DNA of 64,000 nt from Hydrolagus affinis (taxonomy: Eukaryota): NCBI GenBank assembly GCA_012026655.1, contig JAAILG010000375.1, positions 1 through 64,000 on the forward strand. The letters are read 5' to 3'. The notes under the pieces are model-generated. The model was not told where the DNA came from and did not search any database. It was given only the letters and a program-made list of their open reading frames with translations. Each line of letters begins with the position of its first letter. Position 1 is the first letter of the stretch. Shown one piece after another: positions 1 through 12,862 of the stretch. A program made the position numbers and the translations under genes.

Positions 1-560
1 CAGGACTCAATGTCGGACAGACATGCTGTCAGAACATCGATGTCTGGGGGTTGAGGGATGAGGCAGAAAGGTACAGCTGGGTGTCGTCCGCATACATGTG
101 GAAATTTATCCCATGTTTGCGGATGACATCGCCCAGAGGGAGCGTGTAAATGGTGAAAAGGAGGGGGCCGAGGACAGAGCCCTGAGGGACGCCATGAGAA
201 ACTGTGCGGGGGTTTGAGGAAAAACCATTGGAAGATACAAAGTGTAAACGGTGGGTCACGTAGGAATGGAACCAGTCAAGGACTGTGCCTTGAAGGTTGA
301 GGTGGGAGGAAAGACGTTGGAGGAGGATGGTGTGATCGACTGTGTCGAACGCAGCAGACAGGTCAAGGAGGATGAGGAGGCAAAGGGAGCCCTGGTCACA
401 GCGGTTAGGATATCATTTGTAACCTTAACCAGGGCAGTTTCTGTGCTGTGAATAGGGTGGAAACCTGATTGGAGGGGTTCAAGGAGTGAGTGAGTTGAAA
501 GGAAAGAGCGGAGCTGGGAGGCAACCACTCTTTCAAGGACCTTGGATAAAAACGGGATAG
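1..560 (-). mobile_element. L2-clade LINE ORF2 reverse transcriptase fragment, 5'-truncated and frameshifted, runs off the window edge
   Basis: Minus-strand translation gives PFLSKVLERVVASQL...[20 protein letters not shown], then after a frameshift near 400 [16 protein letters not shown]...[14 protein letters not shown]...MYADDTQLY, which are standard L2/CR1-group RT motifs. Confidence 0.95.
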
Positions 561-1689
561 CTCAAGAACTTGCTTCACGTCAGAAATTGGACTTTTATGT
601 GCTTAGAAGGTGGACTTTTGTTCCGAAGAGCATTGAGGCTAAAATATCTGGAGCAAGCTTCTAAGAGGAGCACTTCCAAGTTTCCCATCAGAAACTGTCA
701 GCTGGAATTTGGTTTGAAATTTCAGTCTTGTCCATATTTATGGATTGGCTTTTTTAAACCACTGAAGTGTACTGGTTTGAATCTTGTTCCAGGGCTAATG
801 GATTGTTGTACTGTAAAATGTGACATTTTGCTTAGCGGAATTAAGCATAAGCTGTTTATGACTGATTTTATGAGAGAATTAAGGAGAGGTATTTGCTTAC
901 AGTGACTTTAATAGACATGGATATTTCCCCAGAGAGAGATTGTGGATGTAAGGACTCATTTTCACCTCAGAAATCTGGCAAAGATTTTCATTCTTTTGCA
1001 CATAGGTTTACTGAGTTAAGTTTCAAACAGAGTCACCGCCAGTCTTAGCAAAATAACTTTTGTAAGACCAGCCTGTTTCAGGAATGTTGTATGAACTCAG
1101 CGACAAACCATTGTTAATTCATCTCAAGCTTCTGTGAGAAGGGGTAAGATTACCTTCCCAGTACCCCATTATCCTCCCAGCCTTCACAGGTATTAAATGC
1201 TTCCCCATGTTAGAAAAATCTGCTTCTGTATAATGCTCTAAGATCGGTTGATGCTGTTGGTACTTGATTGATGGTGCAACTTTCAAAGCTTTCTTCAAAA
1301 GTTTAAAATGCATTGTATACATGATTTAATGTAAAGGACATTGTGTGTGGAAAGAGGTTTTGATGTAAGAATTGGCTCATTCCATGATCTCAGTTTCATG
1401 CATTTTATATCTGCATGTGCAGGTCAGTATTTTAACGATAGTTTCAAAGTATGTTGTATTGTTTTTTCATCTGGTACCTTCTGTCAGCTTGAGCTGTCAA
1501 CTGGAGCCAACCCAGTACCATTTTTCTGCCAAGCCTGTTTGGTATTTCCCAGTGGAGGCAATGAAGTCAAATCTGAATAAGATTCAGTTGCTCTGCCCCT
1601 CAACTTTTATGTTAAATGTGTGCTGTTATAATAGAGACATAACGTTCGCATGAAAATAAAAGACACTAAATAGTGGCCACATTAGAGTG

Positions 1690-1830
1690 ACCATTCTTGT
1701 TCTTACCATCAAATGCCTCAATGGTCTTGCCCCACTTTACTTGCAAAATTGCCCTTTTGCAGCTCTGCTATTCCAGCCGTTCCTTTCAATCTATCCCCAC
1801 TCTCTTAAACTTTCTATTTGTGGAACCCAG
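1690..1830 (+). mobile_element. Old L2 ORF2 C-terminal fragment
   Basis: attcttgttcttaccatcaaatgcctcaatggtcttgccccactttacttg translates ILVLTIKCLNGLAPLYL, matching the L2 KILVLTFKALHGLAPPYL motif also seen in the 16.4 kb copy. Confidence 0.6.
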
Positions 1831-2289
1831 TTATAGGATTCTCACCTGTGAAAAGCTAGTTTAGAATCCTTACCAATTTGCATTGGGACATTCAAAATCC
1901 CTTTCTTTTGAAGAAATGGAAGTTCTTGGGTAGTCTGAGAAGGTTTTTTTGTCAATACATGAGCTCATCCATGGATTCTGTTGCAATTCCATTCTAATGG
2001 GATGGAAACTCTTTCAATTGTGCAGGCATTTTCTCGAACAGATGCAACAGTAACAGCCTTGCAGTTCCCCTGCCAAGTACTCTGGTCAGACATTTGGCAA
2101 TAGTTCCATACCTGTGAAGATACAAGTTGTTCAGAGTATTAAATGTTGGAGCTTTTCATACCATTGTTCTGTAGGTAATGCCAAGTAAACTCAGATTTTA
2201 TTCAGCAGAAATAGCTAGAGAGGTAAATTGTGAAGCATTTAACTATGATAACAATGAAAAGGGACAGGATGTTCAGCTTCATTACTTTA

Positions 2290-3560
2290 AGGGAGATTAA
2301 AAAGCAAATTTGACAGCATTTTAATACTTTCCACTTTCTTGGTATGATAAAGCCAAGCAGCATATTAATGAGATACCAGTTGATTGAATACTAGTTGAAC
2401 TTTAATACTAGCCCATGGACATCTCTAATCATTCCAATACAATGTTGACTTTTTTGAAGTTGAACCAGTTGACAGTTAAGATCTCAAACCCATTACCAAG
2501 AATTTAAAAAACATTATATGCCCAGAACAGTGCCTGCTTATATTTGACATGTGTCATATCTGTAAGTTATTAGCAGGAAGAAGTTGAAGGAGCTGATTAA
2601 GATCACATTTATAACTCAGCAGGATTTGGACCAATTTACAGTTGTGCTTTTTGGTTTGCCAAATGCCCCAGGAGCTTTTTTGATTCATGGAATTGAGGTT
2701 ATGAGGACTGCAGTGGTGCATTTGTTTCATTTATTTAAATAGTGTCATTGTCTTTTCAAGGTTTGTTGAAGAACATTTAGTAAGGGAGGGGTTGAGGTAC
2801 CACAGTTCAGTAAATTCTTAGCATTGTTTCATGTTTCATACTGCTTAATCTGCTTAGTTTGAATGAGGAATTGCAATGAACTCAGAAAATATGGGAACAA
2901 TAGATTCTACTCTGTCTCTGTCAATGCTAAATGAAGTCCAGAGTTTTAGTTTTAATCGCTTATTGCTGATGTATAGCTCAAAATCAAAGCTCTTCCTAGA
3001 TGTATAAATGCAGAACAGCATTTAGAGAACTGTAATCTTCCTCTTACCATTAAAGGAAGTTAGTTTAGATGTTAATGCTTTGGTTTTATCTCAAGTGTAA
3101 AGACATCCTGCATTTGTAGAAATACATTTTGAAATATCCCTGAAAGAACCATTATTGCTCATTGCTTTACAGGATGAATGTATAACGGAAGCTGACAGAG
3201 AAGACTTAACCATTTTCTCAGAAGACTTTTAACTTTTAATCCAGCTACCTCTATGCGTGTACCTGCCATTAACAAATGAAAGAGTTCTTTCAAATCTGTC
3301 AGTAAAGTGTGGCGGTCAGAATGAATGATTTAATGAAAAAGCCAGTATTTTTTATATGCCTTGAAGTGTCAAACATCCAGGACTTGTAGCGATGAATAAT
3401 CACTTATGGTAGAAAGTGACAATTTGTAGGTATCAGGGAAAACTGACATCAGGACAGAATTAATTATCCTAAAGGTAAGACGTTTCAAAGAAAGCATTTT
3501 GCATGGTTGAACACTAAAGTTCTTCTATCTTGCAATAAATGGTAGCCACTCTAACATAAT
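2290..3560 (+). mobile_element. Highly decayed Gypsy/Ty3 LTR-retrotransposon pol relic (RT core, probable RNase H)
   Basis: Colinear motifs across stops and frameshifts: GMIKPSS (2341), KLNQLTVKISNPLPRI*KTL, SY*QEEVEGAD, KITFITQQDLDQFTVVLFGLPNAPGAF, IYLNSVIVFSRFVEEHL (decayed YLDD), LNEVQSF. The core 2340-2950 is well supported and the outer limits are uncertain. Confidence 0.85.
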
Positions 3561-4056
3561 ACCTTTTCTTGTTTTGTTTCAATCTGTCTGAGAAGGAAGA
3601 CCAATGAGGCACCTGTCTTGTATCATAGATATATAACAGCAGGTTATATGATACAGTATCTATCATATTTGACTGTGTTCATTTCATATCAAAAGTTCAA
3701 GCATTTGTTTTCTCTTGACTCATCCTAGCTAAGTTTAAGTGGGCACCATTGTCACAAAAGTGAGATGATTTTGTTTGGATCTTATAAACAGAAGAAATAA
3801 TTGGCTCTGTAAACCTACTGCAGACGTTCCTTTCTGAATCTCATGATATGTTTCTGCTATGTAACACATGGCAAGTTGTGTTATCACACATGGAGATTTC
3901 CTGTAGTAAATTGTTTTCATACTTTTAATCAGAAGGCAAAATAATTAACACGTAAAGGGTACACAAGAACAATGAGCCAGAGAGAACTGATAGCTTAAAA
4001 TAATAAAGGTACAAGTGGATCTAGGCTCAAAGATGAGCCCAAATTTTGTATTATAA

Positions 4057-4086
4057 CCCCCCCCCCCCCCCACACACACACACACA
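4057..4086. repeat. Poly-C run followed by (CA)n
   Basis: Directly visible. Confidence 0.95.
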
Positions 4087-4629
4087 ATAAACATATACAC
4101 ACTAAAGTTACTTTGCTGTTCCCCTGGATTTCTCGAACAATAGGTGTTTGGAATGGCCTGTTAAGATTCCCTGGTGATTGTCCCACTCTCCTCAGGATAG
4201 AGTACAGTCCCAGCTTACTAACTCCCTCTGAAACCTTGTCTGAGATTGGTAATGTGCTGTGCAAGGCCACACCAATGTGCCACTGTTATTACAACACCAT
4301 GTTTTGGAGCAGCAATGCTCCTCAGAAAACAATGCTCATGTTAGAGAATGGAGCAGTTGTCTGTGTTTCACACCCAGGGTCAATAACAAGCATCACCCAA
4401 GACAGGTAGAGTACAAACCTCATGCAGAGTAAACCATGTGACATAACAATTTACTTTAACCTCAACCTCAAAGAATACCAAAGTGCTGATGTGCTGTGTC
4501 TTTTTCATTTCCCACACTGGCAATCCTCTTGGTCTCTCTTATGTCAGACTGTCTATTTAATATCAAATTATAGCTCACTTTGTGCAGCAGATCATTTCAC
4601 TTGGAACCCTTTTAGTCATTGGAGACTAA

Positions 4630-4712
4630 AGCGTTTGCTCATCAGTGAGGGCTAGATTTGAACCCTGATCCCAGAGATGAAAGACCAGTGTTTCCACTTA
4701 CTGAGCCACCTG
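4630..4712 (-). mobile_element. tRNA-derived SINE head, LF-SINE-like
   Basis: Reverse complement reads ggtggctcagtaagtgg...ctttcatctctgggatcagggttcaaatctagcc, with A-box and B-box-like motifs and the ctttcacctct-type motif of LF-SINE heads. Confidence 0.5.
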
Positions 4713-4829
4713 GTATTTGTGTCAAAGTATCTATGATATTGCCATTAGAAATTGTCATATTCTTGTACACATGCAAGTTAACCACTGGAAGAGAGATGAG
4801 AATAAAAATGGCCTGGAATTAAGTCCACA

Positions 4830-5620
4830 CCTATTGTGCTGCATATCCAGCTGTGAAGTTATTAATCCATACCTAGCACATTTTAATGAATCTCTGGCTG
4901 AATTGAACATCAGGACACTATCAGCATGTGTGGTGGGCATGAAGCAACATCTGGTATATGCTGGGAGGCTCTCTGTATGAATCCTGAGGGATTGCATGTA
5001 GTTCAAATGAGGATTATATATATTGCCTGAGCAAATGTAGTAAGGTGAGATTTTGCAATTTGTAGCATCTGTATGTTTATGCCTCTTCACTTATCAAGGT
5101 TTTGTACATAATCTGGTGTGGCATAATGTATAATCATTTAATATTTGCCAGCATCCTACAAAGTGTTGCTTAAAAGTACAGTGTGATGGGTTCCCACCTT
5201 CATTCCTCCTCTATTCCAGTCTGACAGGTTGCTCAGGTTGCTGTAAAAGCTTATTGTAACCACTTGAAAGTCATTTATCTGCAAGTAGCTTTCTTCAGTC
5301 AGTGTCAATCAGCCTCAATGTAATACAGGAGTGTGTTGGAGAGAATAGTTTTGCACAGTGTAACAGTAATCTGAGTTCCCTGACACTATTCTAAGGGCAT
5401 TTGTTAAGGCTATATTTAAAGGGGCATGAGCATGCACTGAGCAGTAGTTCAATGTTGTAAAGGATAATGTAGTTGCAAGTCTGATTAATGGAAAGCACTG
5501 GACATTTGCCACTGAATCAACTCCTCCAGGTGATATTGTGAAGAATAAGAATTAAGTTTGAACTGTTGATAATGATCACCTGAATCCAGAGATGGGATCA
5601 CAGCCTGGAAACACTCCCAT
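4830..5620 (-). mobile_element. Decayed Vingi/Ingi-like non-LTR retrotransposon relic
   Basis: ORF 5315-5512 reads ANVQ...LATTLSFTTLNYCSVHAHAPLNIALTNALRIVSG, resembling the Vingi post-RT segment (ALALVYSTAEYC...SAH...LNN.MRIISG). Confidence 0.5.
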
Positions 5621-5909
5621 GTTTGTCTTTGTGTTATTCTAACTATTAGAATAAACCTCACTTTTGGTGAAGTTTATTTTAAATAGTGGGGACATCTCAA
5701 AATACTTCACAGGATTTACTGTAGTAATTGTATTTCTTTGTAGGCCTATTTAGCAGCCAATTTGAACACACAGAAAAGTCCCACAATCACTCATGAAGTG
5801 AATGATCAATTTTATCAGGAGGATTCTTGGCCAAGACCGGGCATCTTTTTTTCTTCTCTCTGATTTGAATATAATTAAATCGAGTTCATGGGATTGTAGC
5901 TTCTTTGTA

Positions 5910-6110
5910 TTTGCTTGCCTACGCTGCACTTGACCATGTCTCCTTCAGGGCATACCTGAAGACGCTCTTCTTCAATCGTTCCCTCGGCCACCCTACCCTC
6001 CCTATCCTCCACCCCTCCTGATCCTTACCCCCCCACTCATATTCAAATCCCTTGTTCAGTGCCTTGAAACATCCTCCTGATGTGAAAGATGCTACAGTAA
6101 TTTGTTGTTG
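5910..6110 (+). mobile_element. L2 3' end (end of ORF2, C-rich UTR, stem-loop, TTG tail)
   Basis: FRAYLKTLFF-like ORF2 end, pyrimidine-rich UTR, then gtgccttgaaacatcctcctgatgtgaaagatgcta...ttgttgttg. Confidence 0.85.
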
Positions 6111-7074
6111 ACTGGAAATTATTTGTCAACATTGCAACTGAGAAAATAATTTCCCTTTTTTTATTGTTTCTCTGGAGACTCTTTGTGAAGTAAAACATTG
6201 CACTTACGTATGTTTTACTTTCATTGGCTTGAGAAAATGATAGTAGATGTCTGAGACTGCAGAGCTGGTCTGACATCAAGCTGGTTCTGACACCTAGTCA
6301 CCATGCACTAGAAAAATGTCCTTGTGGGAATCAGAGGAAATGCTAACTCATTACTGTTTATATTTAGAAAGGGGCCAAAAATAAGGTTACAATTGCGAAA
6401 TCGTTAAGATTCCTTTTCTTATTCTAAATCTTCTCTAAATCATACTAATTTATTGTGGGTATGGGTTTAATTCGCTCTTGGCTCTGTACTCTGGAAACAT
6501 TAAATCTAAATCAGTCCTTCATTTTCACTGGAAGGAAACATAGAATGAATTGCTGAGCACAAACATGTTACAGAAAACACTGTGTGTGAATGCATATTCC
6601 TGGACGTTTTGTTCGGTAACTGCATTCAGCCCATTATCCAGAGGCTTTCAACCTTGAAGTTGAGTTGATAGATCTCCTGGTTTGTCTTTCAAAGAGCACT
6701 GATTCGTTCAATTCTTTGGAATTCAAACAGAATGTGGATTCTGAGTGTCGATGCCCAGCACACCGGGTGGATGATGAAATTCCATCTGTAATTTCAGAAA
6801 AAATGGGAGATTCAAGATCGCAGATTAATTAATAAAGAGGTTCAGCAGAACCTGGGAATACTGAGGCATTAATATTTCATTTCAAATGAGCTTCAAAGTA
6901 GCCTTTTTTATTTTGATGCAGCTCATCACTGGCACACCAATTTTAAATAGAAAGCATTAAAACATTAAAATTGATTGTAATTTCTTTTATTACAAAATGG
7001 AAATGATTTTTGTTAAGTCTTCAGTGTTTTGACAGTGATAACGTATAACCTGATTTAACTTCCAATTTATTTCC

Positions 7075-7142
7075 AACGCCTTAGGATGTTCTCCCAACAT
7101 GAAAGGTGCTATACAAATGTAATTTTGTTTTTGTTGTAGTTG
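7075..7142 (+). mobile_element. L2 tail-only insert
   Basis: aacgccttaggatgttctcccaacatgaaaggtgctatacaaatgtaattttg plus TTG-like tail. Confidence 0.85.
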
Positions 7143-7747
7143 GATAAAGGTGTCTGCATGAGTCTTTGAAATTACAACCAATTAGCATTTGAGTATTTCT
7201 GCACTTTCCAAATGGAACAGCTATTATAACAAGCGATCACACCTCCCTTAAATAATTCTATTCTGTGGGACTCCCTTTCAGAAATAAAAGCATCAGAACA
7301 GTACTGCCTGCTATTTTTGACCACCAGTTGGGGTTCTCTTCAGGAACAACAAATTGCATTTTTACATAACATATTTCATGGCAGGAGGACGTCCCGAGAA
7401 CAAACTTCAATTCAAAATCGATGGTTAGCATTTGGGCACCCACCGGAAAAAAGCAATAAAATAGGAAGAGGCAGGAGAAATTACGTCACTCAGTCTCCTG
7501 CTCCGTGTGATAGTTTTACATTACTGACTGTCATCTGAGGTGGGCCTTGATAAGCAGTTTTATAATTCAACCACTCTTCTGGGTGATCAGTCGTACAGCA
7601 AATAATTCTTCATTGGAATGACTGACTGCCCCCGCAGAGGTTGCAACCGAGATTCAATGCTGTGGTTATTCCTCCAAACTCCAATGATCAAGAAATTGAT
7701 AGTGCGTATCATAGCAGACATCTTGATTGACATTACACAAAGTGCAT

Positions 7748-8120
7748 AAACAACAACGTGCATCTATGCAGAGCCCTTCATATAGGATAACATCTTGTAG
7801 CGTTTTACAAAGACGGGACTGGATACTGTGCAGAGGAGGAGGTTATTAGGCGCGTTTGAAAAGGTTGAGTTTTTTGTGGAATTTAAGGATGGGTAGAGGG
7901 AGGGTGAAGCAAAGGATAGAGGAAGTGAATTCCAGCAGATAGGGCCATAGATGCTGAAGACTGATGGTGGAATTGACTGAGCAGAGGATGGACAGCAAGC
8001 CCCAGTTAACTGAAAAGAGAGGATAAGCAGAAGAATGGGATAGGAGAGGATCACGGAGATCTGGAGGTAATGGAAGTGAAGAGATTTATAGGTGAGGGAT
8101 GAACATCCTGAAGTCTGTCC
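7748..8120 (-). mobile_element. Old L2 3' fragment
   Basis: Minus ORF contains SVFSIYGPICWNSLP (L2 AFS..AP.LWNSLP), with purine-rich plus-strand texture and a caacaac tail at the left end. Confidence 0.7.
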
Positions 8121-8924
8121 ACCGAGAAACAATGGAGGATTGGGTGATTTGTTATTGGTGAGGATGCAGCCAGCAGATCTTGCAGACGCTACTGTGCATG
8201 GAGGGTGCTTTACAATTGCCAGTTGTTGTTGTTGGTGGTGGTTGTGGTGGTGAAACAAGGGAGGTCAAAAAGCTTATTACAATTCAATACACGTATTGTT
8301 TTTTTTAAAAATCAACAGAAATAGTTTAGATTCAGATGGTTCATCTGCAAAAATGTCTTGAAGAGTTAATCCATTCCTTCTAAAATAGCAGCCGAGTTGA
8401 GATTGCAGGCACAGTTGATGAGCTGCCACACAAGGCATGTGCTTTGTTACATGAACTCTTCTATCCACAACGCAAGAGAAAAAGTTTGACTTCACCAAGG
8501 TCGCAGATTACAGTGAACTTGATGAATCTTGGAATCGTGGCTTTGAGCCTTGCTGCTCTCACACTGAAAATCTATATTGTTTTTTAAAGTAAAGAAAAAA
8601 TGATGCTTGGTTGAATACACAGTACATTATTTTCACATGTTCTTGTTTGATATACAGCATAATGATATTTCTGGAGGACTCTGCTCCAAATTAGCTTTTG
8701 GCTAAGACCCTCAATGGTCCCATGGAATTTGTTATTACTGTTCTCAAATGGATCTAGATCCTGCATAAATAATACATAAAATTAAAATATAAAAACTTCA
8801 GAAGAACATCCGCACCCGCCCTCCCTCACAGCATGACATTACCCTCCACACCCCTTGTCTGGCCTCATTGCTGGAATTGTTCTCCAGTATTAAAGTGACC
8901 ATGTAATCTTGGCAGTAATTTTTT

Positions 8925-9450
8925 TCCAATCTTGCATTTTTATATCACATCTTTCACATCCGGATTATCTGTGTTGTCGGTGAACTCAGCAGCCAATCTG
9001 CACACAGCAATGCGTGAAAAAAGCCACAAAGTGGATGATCAATATTATTTGGAGGGCTTGTTGGCCAGGACATCGGGAGAATTTTCCTTCTCATGTTCAC
9101 CTACGTGGCTCTGTGGTTAGTTTGAGTTCAGTGATGAATGTTCAGTAACTTTCTAGCAAATGATTTAGAATGTCAACTTCTTAAACTTCTTTATGTGATG
9201 GCATTCTAATAATTATAATAATAATGAAACCTTGCAATTTGTGTAGCGTCTTTCACTCCAGAAGGACATTCCAAAGGCCTTCACGGGATAAACTGAAATG
9301 TTTTTATATGTGGGTGAACGCAGCAGCCAATTTGCACACAGCCATGAAATGACTAATTTTGTAGGATTGCTTGGGATGTCCTTCCGATGTGAAAGGCACT
9401 ATACAAATGTCATTTTGTTGTTGCTAGCCAGGACACTGGGAGAAACTCCC
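8925..9450 (-). mobile_element. Two old DeuSINE-like fragments, the second containing a plus-strand L2 tail (about 9364-9423)
   Basis: The Deu core gcagccaat(c/t)tgcacacagc and ggccaggaca...ggagaa occur twice. Confidence 0.7.
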
Positions 9451-10167
9451 TTCTACTCCATGAGTCTGAGTCAATTGATAAACGAGGAGGCAAATTAACT
9501 TCACTCAGTGCCTTTGCTCGACACTGCAGCTCAGATCTGGAACATCCAGAAATGGTGAACGTTGAGTATCATTACAGCACTTTGACCTCATTGTTTCATA
9601 TAATGACAGCATGCTCAATAGCAGAGAGTGACCTAAATAATTCCCATTCTGCATCTCTATGGGATCCGAATCTCTGAATATTTTCCTGCAGAAATTATAA
9701 CGTATTTTGCTTTGCATTATAAATCAAAGTGCTGTTCTACTAACAAATTAATAACATTTCCTTGAAGGCTGCATCCAGGTGGTTAATGATTTTTTTAAAA
9801 AAAACGGCATTGTGATCTTGATTCATAATGGAAAGAATACAATTATCACCTAATCGACAAATGGACAATTTACTATTCCCACAGATTTAAAGGCTGGATC
9901 TTCAGTTGAACCAGTGTCAGTGAGAGGTCTTTGCTTCCATAATATGCATACATTTCCTTGGAAAATAAATATTTTGACTTTGTATACTGTGTGGCAAACA
10001 ACAGCACTCAAGTCAAATAAATTGGTCTGAACTACATCTGAAGCTATAATCTCTGCTCCACTCTGGAAATAATTTCACCAATCCAACAGATCTTAATATC
10101 CTTAAAACACTTCAACTATATACTGTATATATCTAAGTTTTGTCTTTGTTGTTACCTGTGAATATAT

Positions 10168-10452
10168 AATAATAATAATGCTTGCACGTATTTAGAAGTC
10201 TCAAAGTACTTCACAGAATATACTGTAAAGTGAATTGACTGTATACAGGTGGGCGAAACGCGGCAGTCAATTGCTCACAGCAGTGTCCCCACAAACAGTC
10301 GTGGATTGAAATGCCCAGTTTATTATTGTTTTGTTTGAGGGATTATTATGGGGAGTGTGGAGTAAGCAAACTTGCCCAAGGTTTTTCCCTGGAATTGATC
10401 CCTGGTCTCTCGCTTCTAAGGCGAGTGCTCTAACCACAGAGCTACGGGACTC
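10168..10452 (-). mobile_element. Young tRNA-derived SINE (DeuSINE-like body, L2-type tail), near full length
   Basis: Reverse complement of the family consensus ggagtcctgtagctcagtggttagagcactcgcc...gggacactgctgtg...(ATT)n, shared with many other copies in the window. Confidence 0.92.
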
Positions 10453-10913
10453 TACTGAGTCTGGTATGTAATTGGAATCTGGATTTCTGTGCAGCTTATG
10501 AGCAATCACATTTGACTGTACCACATATGAATTTAAAATACATATGCATCTATTTAATCTCTTTATGATGATTACAATGCTTCTGGTTAGACAAGCTGAG
10601 AACATAATAAGTAATAATAATGTAGTATGAATTGCTGCTTCATGGTGACTCGGTGTTATTTAAATCAAGCCCACATTTGTATGTTAGAAACCGTGTCCAT
10701 TTCCAGGATTATCTTATGTTCCCTGTTTGTACACGCTTGTAACAATTATGTTGATATTTTCTGGTGTTTTACTAATATTTTGTAAGAGGGTTTGCTTATA
10801 TCCCTGTATTTTAATCCTTTTATTGGCATCAACACATATTTCAGTTTGAACAACTTGTTCTCTTGTGGCTGTTAACTCTGCAGTCATGTTCTTCATTATA
10901 ACATCATTAACGT

Positions 10914-11200
10914 GGAGTCCAGTAGCTCAGTGGTTAGAGCATGTGCCTCACAAGCGAGAGACCTGAGTTTGATTCCAGGCAGGGCAAAATTTTGGGCACG
11001 TTTCCTTGCTCCACACCCTGATAATAATCCCTCAAAAAAAAAAGTTCATCTCAATCCACCACAATTTGTGGGACACTGTTGTGCTGGCTCTATTTCGCCC
11101 ACAAATTATAGCCTATTCACTTTACACAATATTCTGTGAAGCACTTTGAGATGTCTAGAAGACATGAAAAATGCTATATAAAATGCAAGTATTATTATTA
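10914..11200 (+). mobile_element. Young tRNA-derived SINE, full length
   Basis: A box tagctcagtgg, B-box-like gtttgattcc, family body, (ATT)n tail. Confidence 0.92.
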
Positions 11201-11892
11201 TGAAAGCCTTTGGATTTCATGGTCTGCTTACCTCTAGGTTGTGACATTGTGTAAGCCTCCCTTTTTAATATGAGGTGGCCACAATTGCAAGATTCAGCCT
11301 GTAGTGGGGAGAAAAGCTGGTTTTATTTCCCAGTTGTGAGCTAAAATCCTTGTTTCAAAATGGCAAACTTAAAGCCTTTACAAATCTTCATACTTCTCTG
11401 AGGCTTGCAGTATGAAGGACAAATATTCTTTGCAGCCTCACTGCAAACATGATGGGAAACAAGATTATATACAGAGTATTATGAGGATAATAAGGCTAAG
11501 ATCAACCTTACATTGGAGGATGCATGTTTATTTTTAGTATTGTATGATTAAACCACAGTGCAACAAGATAAGATTAGAATCCATTTGGATTTGTTGCATC
11601 GTCAGGGCTTGAGATCAATCAGTAGTTAGTAATTCCCCTTGGTCTATCTCTGGAACATTCGATGTCAGTGTTCATAAAATTTCCTTGTTAAAGAGCACTC
11701 ATGTCGCCCAAACTTTTAGCATGCAAAAAGCTACTGCAGGTCCGCAGAACGAACAATTCTTTATGTGACTAAGTGCAGCAACACTGAAGTTCTGTGTTAA
11801 CATTCAGCATCTCATTTTCTCCCTCCATTCATTCACACCCTCCCTCGCCTCATTTGCTTCCTCACTGAGTATGCTCCTTCCCTGCCTTCATT

Positions 11893-11950
11893 CAACAACA
11901 ACTTCGATTTATATAGCGCCCTCCACGCCGGAGGGGGTCTCAGAGTGCTT
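11893..11950 (-). mobile_element. L2 tail-only insert (second subfamily, ggcgtggagggcgct...aaatcgaag)
   Basis: Reverse complement matches the copy at 60215-60274. Confidence 0.85.
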
Positions 11951-12319
11951 AAGGTCTAATTCAAGATGTAGTTCTTTGTCCCCACTTTAGGTCACATTAC
12001 CCTTCCACACCAGCTTGTAACAAGCATTTTGTGATGTCATGTTTAGTCATGGGTATTTAAATGATACTTAAGCCTGTTATACCCCTTTACTCCATAAACC
12101 CCTCCCTGTGAATTGCCGATCTCTATCTTCCCATCTGCATTTTGGAACTGCAAAAGTTTGGATTGTATGCATATTTCCTCACCTCCCATCGGACATTTTT
12201 ATTTTAAACAGGGCGATGGTTTTCAACACCTTTGACAGTAAAGTATGAATAATGACACTTTAGACGTCAGACAACGCGGCAGCTGGAATTGGCAACGAAA
12301 GTGAAACGTTTGGCGAATC

Positions 12320-12430
12320 TTGACTTTCATAGACTTGTATTTGTGAATCAATTGAAAGTGGCATGTATTGTTCCTCTCAGCTGTTTAGTTCTCCCAGATG
12401 TCAGTTACCTTCATTGTATGGTTGCAACCC
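12320..12430 (+). repeat. Copy 1 of a ~110-bp dispersed direct repeat (copy 2 at 14886-15029)
   Basis: ttgactttca.agacttgtatttgtgaatcaattg...ctctcagctgt...ttctcccagatgtca.ttac.ttcattgt...gttgcaaccc is present at both sites. Confidence 0.9.
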
Positions 12431-12862
12431 ACTTTTTTCTTCCTTATGTCCAATACTTCAAACATGAAACAAAATAAGGTTTTGCCAGATATTTCTTTGT
12501 GATGATGCTACCCCTTTAATATCCAGTGAGCTCTGTATTCAATTTCATCCCATTTCATCCTCAGTTAATTACTTAATCTTATTATCATAAAACCCTCAAG
12601 GGGACCCGGCAGTACTGTACTGGGATTAAGAAAAGGCAAATACTGGAGTCAAAACTGCCCGCTATCTTTTGTTTCGAAATAGCTGGAAACATTAAAGATC
12701 CTCATTTAAAAACAAAATTGGTACAAAAACTAATGATTAGCTTTTAACCTTATCTTAAGTTAAATAACATTGATGGGTAACTGATTGAGATGAGTCACTG
12801 AGCTCAACTGCATGATGGACCTGAACTGATATCAGTGGAAACCAGGGTCCTGGATATGGGAG

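Noticed and set aside
570-905. 111-aa ORF as a gene or Gypsy gag
   Set aside because: No recognisable motif; the gag assignment would rest only on position.
4113-4409. ORF with SRTIGVWNGL, similar to a LINE ORF2 end
   Set aside because: A single short motif with no supporting tail, too little to assign a family.
6590-6800. Possible minus-strand exon after a good acceptor (ttacag)
   Set aside because: All frames stop or give unrecognisable peptides, and there is no convincing donor.
7764-8258. 164-aa ORF with His/Gln runs
   Set aside because: Arises from a ttg/gtg simple repeat plus a decayed L2 fragment.
10914-10990. tRNA-like sequences at the SINE heads
   Set aside because: Each continues into the same SINE body and tail and carries scattered mutations, so these are SINE heads and not tRNA genes.
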